In this document: positions 7,768 through 11,321 of the stretch, in pieces | Layout: each line of letters opens with the position of its first letter | How positions within the stretch are numbered: the stretch's first letter is position 1 | Assembly (NCBI GenBank): GCA_016839445.1 | Contig: JAEOUG010000010.1 | Location: forward strand, 1 to 11,321 | Source of the DNA: Candidatus Thorarchaeota archaeon | Lineage (GTDB): Archaea > Asgardarchaeota > Thorarchaeia > Thorarchaeales > Thorarchaeaceae | DNA length: 11,321 nt | Direction of reading: 5' to 3' | Made by a program: the position numbers and the translations under genes | Notes under the pieces: generated by a model | What the model was told of the DNA's origin: nothing | The model's database searches: none | Seen by the model: the letters and a program-made list of their open reading frames with translations, nothing else

Positions 7768-8595
7768 ATGAATGGTGCGTACATGAAGAGAGGGCTTCAC
7801 ATCGGCACTAGTGGCTGGTCCTACGCGAAGGATTGGCGCGGCATCTTCTATTCGACGACCGCAAGCATGCTCAAGCAGTATCTAGCATTGTTTGAGACCG
7901 CCGAAATCAACTCCACTTTCTACGCCCTGCCAAAGGAGAACTTCATTCAGCATTTGCAGAGAGTTCCGCCCGAGAAGTTCTTCTCAGCCAAGATTCCCAA
8001 GAAGGTCACGCACGACCATCGGCTCGACCTTAGTGGAGAAGGGGGAGAGGTTCTGGCGAAGTACTTCGAGCTCCTCCAACCAGTCAAGGAGAGGATTCCT
8101 GTGCTCCTCATCCAGCTCCCTCCGTGGGACCTTGAGAGTATGGCCGACCTAGAGGCCTTCTTCTCTGGGCTCGATACAGGCTTCAGGTACGCCATCGAGT
8201 TTCGCCATGAGAGTTGGCTCGTCCCGAAGGTGTGGTCTCTGATCGAATCATATCGCATTGCGCACGTGATTGTGGATGAGCCCTTGCTTCCCATTGACCT
8301 CAGAGTCACTACAGACTTCGCATATGTTCGGTGGCACGGACATGGAGATCGACCGTGGTACAGATACAGGTATGATGAAGAGGAGCTAAGAGCCTGGATT
8401 CCAAGACTGGATGAAGTGACAGGCACCTGCCAGACAACCCTCGGGTACTTCAACAACCACTTCGCAGGAAATGCTCCTCTCAACGCACTCCAGATGCTGA
8501 AACTCCTGAATCGAGCGGACGAGAAGCAGCTTCGAAAGCTGGACACGATGCTAAAATCGACATCGTCCGAGCAGACCACTCTTGACGACTTCTGA
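7768..8595 (+). CDS. DUF72 (UPF0759/YecE-like) TIM-barrel protein with C-terminal PIP-like motif
   Basis: IGTSGWSY, EINSTFY, KVTH, QLPP, IEFRH, YVRWHG and YFNN motifs. Alternative start at ATG 7783 with GGTG SD. Ends QTTLDDF-stop. Confidence 0.92.
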   Translation: MNGAYMKRGLHIGTSGWSYAKDWRGIFYSTTASMLKQYLALFETAEINSTFYALPKENFIQHLQRVPPEKFFSAKIPKKVTHDHRLDLSGEGGEVLAKYFELLQPVKERIPVLLIQLPPWDLESMADLEAFFSGLDTGFRYAIEFRHESWLVPKVWSLIESYRIAHVIVDEPLLPIDLRVTTDFAYVRWHGHGDRPWYRYRYDEEELRAWIPRLDEVTGTCQTTLGYFNNHFAGNAPLNALQMLKLLNRADEKQLRKLDTMLKSTSSEQTTLDDF

Positions 8596-8677
8596 CTCCC
8601 CCTCTTTGTGTTGCATCATCCTAAAGAAAGGCTAATAAGCACACCAAAAGGTCGAACCGAAAGCAGGTGGCTATTTG

Positions 8678-9124
8678 ATGAGCTTTGACATAATTGCTGA
8701 ACCCATGGTTCGAGCTCCGAAAGATGCGAAACCGAGAAGGGGACGAGGCTTCAGCCTAGATGAGTTGGCCCAAGCGGAGCTAACCATCAAGGATGCGCGC
8801 CAGATTGGTCTTATGGTCGATATTCGCCGTAAGCGCACATACCCTGAGAATGTCGAGGCTCTGAAGCAGTATCTCAAGGATCTGGAGAACATTGTTGCTG
8901 CCCTAGAGGAGGAAGTCGTACCCACCGTGAAGAAAGAGGACGCTGTTAGTGAGCTATCCTCCCTGCGAGCGGTGAAGAAGGAAGAAGCCGATCTGCTTGC
9001 AAGTGCAGGGATTCTGACATTTGAAGACCTTGCGTATTGTGAGATTGACAAGATTTCCAAGAAGACAGGAATCGATGAGGATCGTCTCACCGCAATGGTG
9101 AAGGCGGCACTGAAGAAGGTCTAG
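8678..9124 (+). CDS. rpl13e: Ribosomal protein L13e (eL13) with C-terminal HhH-like extension
   Basis: RRGRGFSLDEL...GLMVDIRRK...ENVEALK is the L13e signature. AGGTGG SD at 8665-8670 favours ATG 8678 (TTG 8675 is the alternative). About 60 extra C-terminal residues. Confidence 0.9.
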   Translation: MSFDIIAEPMVRAPKDAKPRRGRGFSLDELAQAELTIKDARQIGLMVDIRRKRTYPENVEALKQYLKDLENIVAALEEEVVPTVKKEDAVSELSSLRAVKKEEADLLASAGILTFEDLAYCEIDKISKKTGIDEDRLTAMVKAALKKV

Positions 9125-9145
9125 ACCGGAGGCCACGCTCCAGGG

Positions 9146-10252
9146 GTGGTTGGATTGGACTACTCACAACTGGTAGCGGCTTTGACCGACCCGATGAAGG
9201 CAGGCTATCCCGTCATCCTACCTGACTTCTTTCTCGACCACTTCGTGAAGTATGAGTCATTCTCTTCTTTCATCGACGGGTTAAGCCGGCTAGCCGCCCA
9301 AGGTGGCGGCAATCTACTCGGGAGCGAGCAGTTCGTAACAAGTGGTGGCAACTGCGTCAATACTGCAACCGCCCTTCTCAGACTCGGGACGGACCCGCGA
9401 ATAATCGTCACCACTGATGTAAGTGGTGCATCCTTGCTGCGAGCCCTTGCCGATCCACGACTGAATCTTGATCACGTTCACACTGATGGTCGGCTATCGT
9501 CTACTGTCTCCATAGAAACGAAGCATCATGGACGAAGAATCAACATGATGGTTAGTGATAGTGGCTCTGCGTCACGATTCTCTTTCTCCGACCTGACAGA
9601 GAGTGACCTTGAATGCGTTCAGAAGAGTGGCCTAGTGGCATTGGTGAACCTGAACCACAACGAGTTGGGACCTGGGTTGGCAAAAGACCTCTTTGCTTTC
9701 GTGCGTGACCGCAGCAGCGCGAAGACCTTCATGGACATAGGAGATCCGTCTAGTCGGCCTGAGACCATTAGACCACTGATAGATGAAGCTCTTTGTCCCG
9801 GTCTTGTTGACGTTCTAGGTCTGAATGAGAACGAGCTAGCTTGGTTGGTAAGAGCCTTGGATGGAGGAAGCAGATGGTCTGGCACAGAAGAACACCCCGA
9901 GTTGTGGTTAGATGCAGCCGTTTTCGTTTCCTCTGAACTCGGAACTCGTCTCGACCTCCACACTCCGTTTTACGCCGCCACAGTCTTTGAAGATGAAGTG
10001 ACCTCAGTTCCGTCGTTCGATGTTCACGGCCAGATTGCATTGGGTGCCGGGGACGCCTGGAACGCAGGGAGTATCTGGGCGCTGCTCCATGACTTGGACA
10101 ACTCCTGTAGATTACTTCTGGCAAATGCAGTAGCCGCGCTCTATGTATCCTCGGAGAGAGCCCGACATCCTACAACTGGTGAGGTAGTTTCTTTCCTACA
10201 GTCTGGACCGGCCTTGTCAAGCCATGGCAAAAAGCTACTTAAACTCGGATAG
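9146..10252 (+). CDS. PfkB/ribokinase-family carbohydrate kinase
   Basis: 368 aa. GGNCVNTA substrate motif, LNENE (NxxE) and ALGAGDAWNAG anion-hole motif with catalytic Asp. Confidence 0.88.
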   Translation: MVGLDYSQLVAALTDPMKAGYPVILPDFFLDHFVKYESFSSFIDGLSRLAAQGGGNLLGSEQFVTSGGNCVNTATALLRLGTDPRIIVTTDVSGASLLRALADPRLNLDHVHTDGRLSSTVSIETKHHGRRINMMVSDSGSASRFSFSDLTESDLECVQKSGLVALVNLNHNELGPGLAKDLFAFVRDRSSAKTFMDIGDPSSRPETIRPLIDEALCPGLVDVLGLNENELAWLVRALDGGSRWSGTEEHPELWLDAAVFVSSELGTRLDLHTPFYAATVFEDEVTSVPSFDVHGQIALGAGDAWNAGSIWALLHDLDNSCRLLLANAVAALYVSSERARHPTTGEVVSFLQSGPALSSHGKKLLKLG

Positions 10253-10297
10253 CGGACGTAGAGACGAACCATCATCGCGCGGTTAGGTGTACAGGAA

Positions 10298-11233
10298 TTG
10301 GAGTTAGAGCGTGTTCTGACGAAACTGAAATTCGATGAATCGGTTTCAGGCTACGCGCTAATCACCAATGATGGCCAACCGTTTCTCTCGTTCTCTCTGC
10401 CAGATGAGGTCCTGCCCCAAATCCAAGGGAATCTCCGAATCCATGGTGATAATCTGAAGCTCGTCAATATTATGACCTCGGAAGGAGTCGTCATTCTGGC
10501 ACGGGTGGATCCCCAGTGGGTCCTTGCTGTTCTCTTCAATCCAGATCTTCAGCTGGGCGGAGCTCTCTCTAGAACGAATGCAGTTCTAGAGCTTCTTGTG
10601 CAGGTGGAGTTGCCACCACCTCCCTCACCTCCCGTGACGGAGGTGCCGGAGCCAGAGCCCATTGTAGTTGAACAAGTTCTGACCGAAGAGCATGCAGAAG
10701 TAATCGAGGAAACTGATGAACCCCCCTCTACTGCAGGAAGCGTGATCGACAGTGAGATGATCCGTCACGGATGCGTCGTCTTACGTGATGAGAACTACCG
10801 TGCTGCCGTGACTATCGATTCCGATTTGAACAACTCCCTCAAGCGAGCCTTTTCGAATCTCGGCATCGACGTTCTCTTGGTAGTAGATGAGAAGAAGACA
10901 GTCTTCAAGATTGCCGAAGCTATTGCTCGACCTGTCGAGAGAGTCCTCGAGATTGTCCGCTGGTGCGTCGATGAACGCATACTGGGCGCTGAGTGTCCTG
11001 AAGAGCAGGATACAGGACAGAAGGAATTGATCGAGATGCCTATCTTCGAGGGTAAGATAGACAAGGCGAAGAGAGAACACCGAGCTGTCCTCCAGCTGTG
11101 CGACGGCACGAGAACACTCAATGAGATTGCGGCCGAACTTGGAATTCCTTACTTCCAAGCGCTTCAGAGTGTGGTTCCTTACAGAGGTAAGACTCTCAGG
11201 TTCATTCGAACTGACAAGAAATCTAGGTACTGA
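10298..11233 (+). CDS. Roadblock/LC7-like N-terminal domain + Pro/acidic linker + tandem winged-helix-like domains
   Basis: 311 aa, TTG start with AGGTG SD. N-terminus VSGYALITNDG...VLAVLFNPDLQLGGAL fits a roadblock pattern; linker PPPPSPP; two D-G/E-x-x-T-h-x-x-I-A HTH segments. Confidence 0.7.
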   Translation: MELERVLTKLKFDESVSGYALITNDGQPFLSFSLPDEVLPQIQGNLRIHGDNLKLVNIMTSEGVVILARVDPQWVLAVLFNPDLQLGGALSRTNAVLELLVQVELPPPPSPPVTEVPEPEPIVVEQVLTEEHAEVIEETDEPPSTAGSVIDSEMIRHGCVVLRDENYRAAVTIDSDLNNSLKRAFSNLGIDVLLVVDEKKTVFKIAEAIARPVERVLEIVRWCVDERILGAECPEEQDTGQKELIEMPIFEGKIDKAKREHRAVLQLCDGTRTLNEIAAELGIPYFQALQSVVPYRGKTLRFIRTDKKSRY

Positions 11234-11247
11234 ATGGAGGTAAACAC

Positions 11248-11321
11248 ATGGGTATCAAGGGCAAATTGGCTTGGGCTGTGAAGATCGACAAGGTCTCGAA
11301 AACGCTCTTTCAGGCTACATA
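11248..11321 (+). CDS. Hypothetical protein, 5' fragment
   Basis: Strong GGAGGT SD at 11236-11241, ATG 11248, open to the window end: MGIKGKLAWAVKIDKVSKTLFQAT. Confidence 0.65.
   Translation, partial: MGIKGKLAWAVKIDKVSKTLFQAT

Noticed and set aside
7947-8579. 210-aa antisense ORF inside the DUF72 gene, and similar antisense ORFs within porG, glnA, rpl13e and pfkB
   Set aside because: They overlap well-supported genes completely, lack motifs, and are expected from codon bias on the opposite strand.
11248-11321. Possible porD or other partner subunit of porG at the window edge
   Set aside because: The 24 visible residues show no recognisable motif, so no assignment is possible.
1-11321. CRISPR arrays, IS elements, rRNA/tRNA genes, internal in-frame UGA/UAG recoding, frameshifts
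   Set aside because: None seen. Intergenic gaps are short, all main ORFs are uninterrupted, and no tandem DNA repeats were evident by eye.

Overview
Compact, gene-dense archaeal chromosome segment. It is most consistent with an Asgard archaeon, possibly Thorarchaeia; this is an inference from ribosomal protein L13e, a PAC2 chaperone, a roadblock-like protein and archaeal-style TATA/SD signals. Genes in order: a >590-aa SNAP/TPR-like alpha-solenoid protein on the minus strand (missing from the ORF track because it runs off the window), an FAD-dependent CrtI/amine-oxidase-family oxidoreductase, an isolated 2-oxoacid:ferredoxin oxidoreductase gamma subunit, a PAC2 proteasome chaperone ending in an HbYX motif, a class I/II aminotransferase, a type I glutamine synthetase, a small PH-fold-like protein, a DUF72 protein ending in a PCNA-binding PIP-like motif, L13e fused to an HhH-like domain, a PfkB kinase, a roadblock + polyproline + tandem winged-helix protein, and the start of one more ORF. 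I see no mobile elements, CRISPR arrays or RNA genes. The main interest lies in unusual domain architectures and terminal docking motifs. All family calls come from reading motifs by eye, not from database searches.
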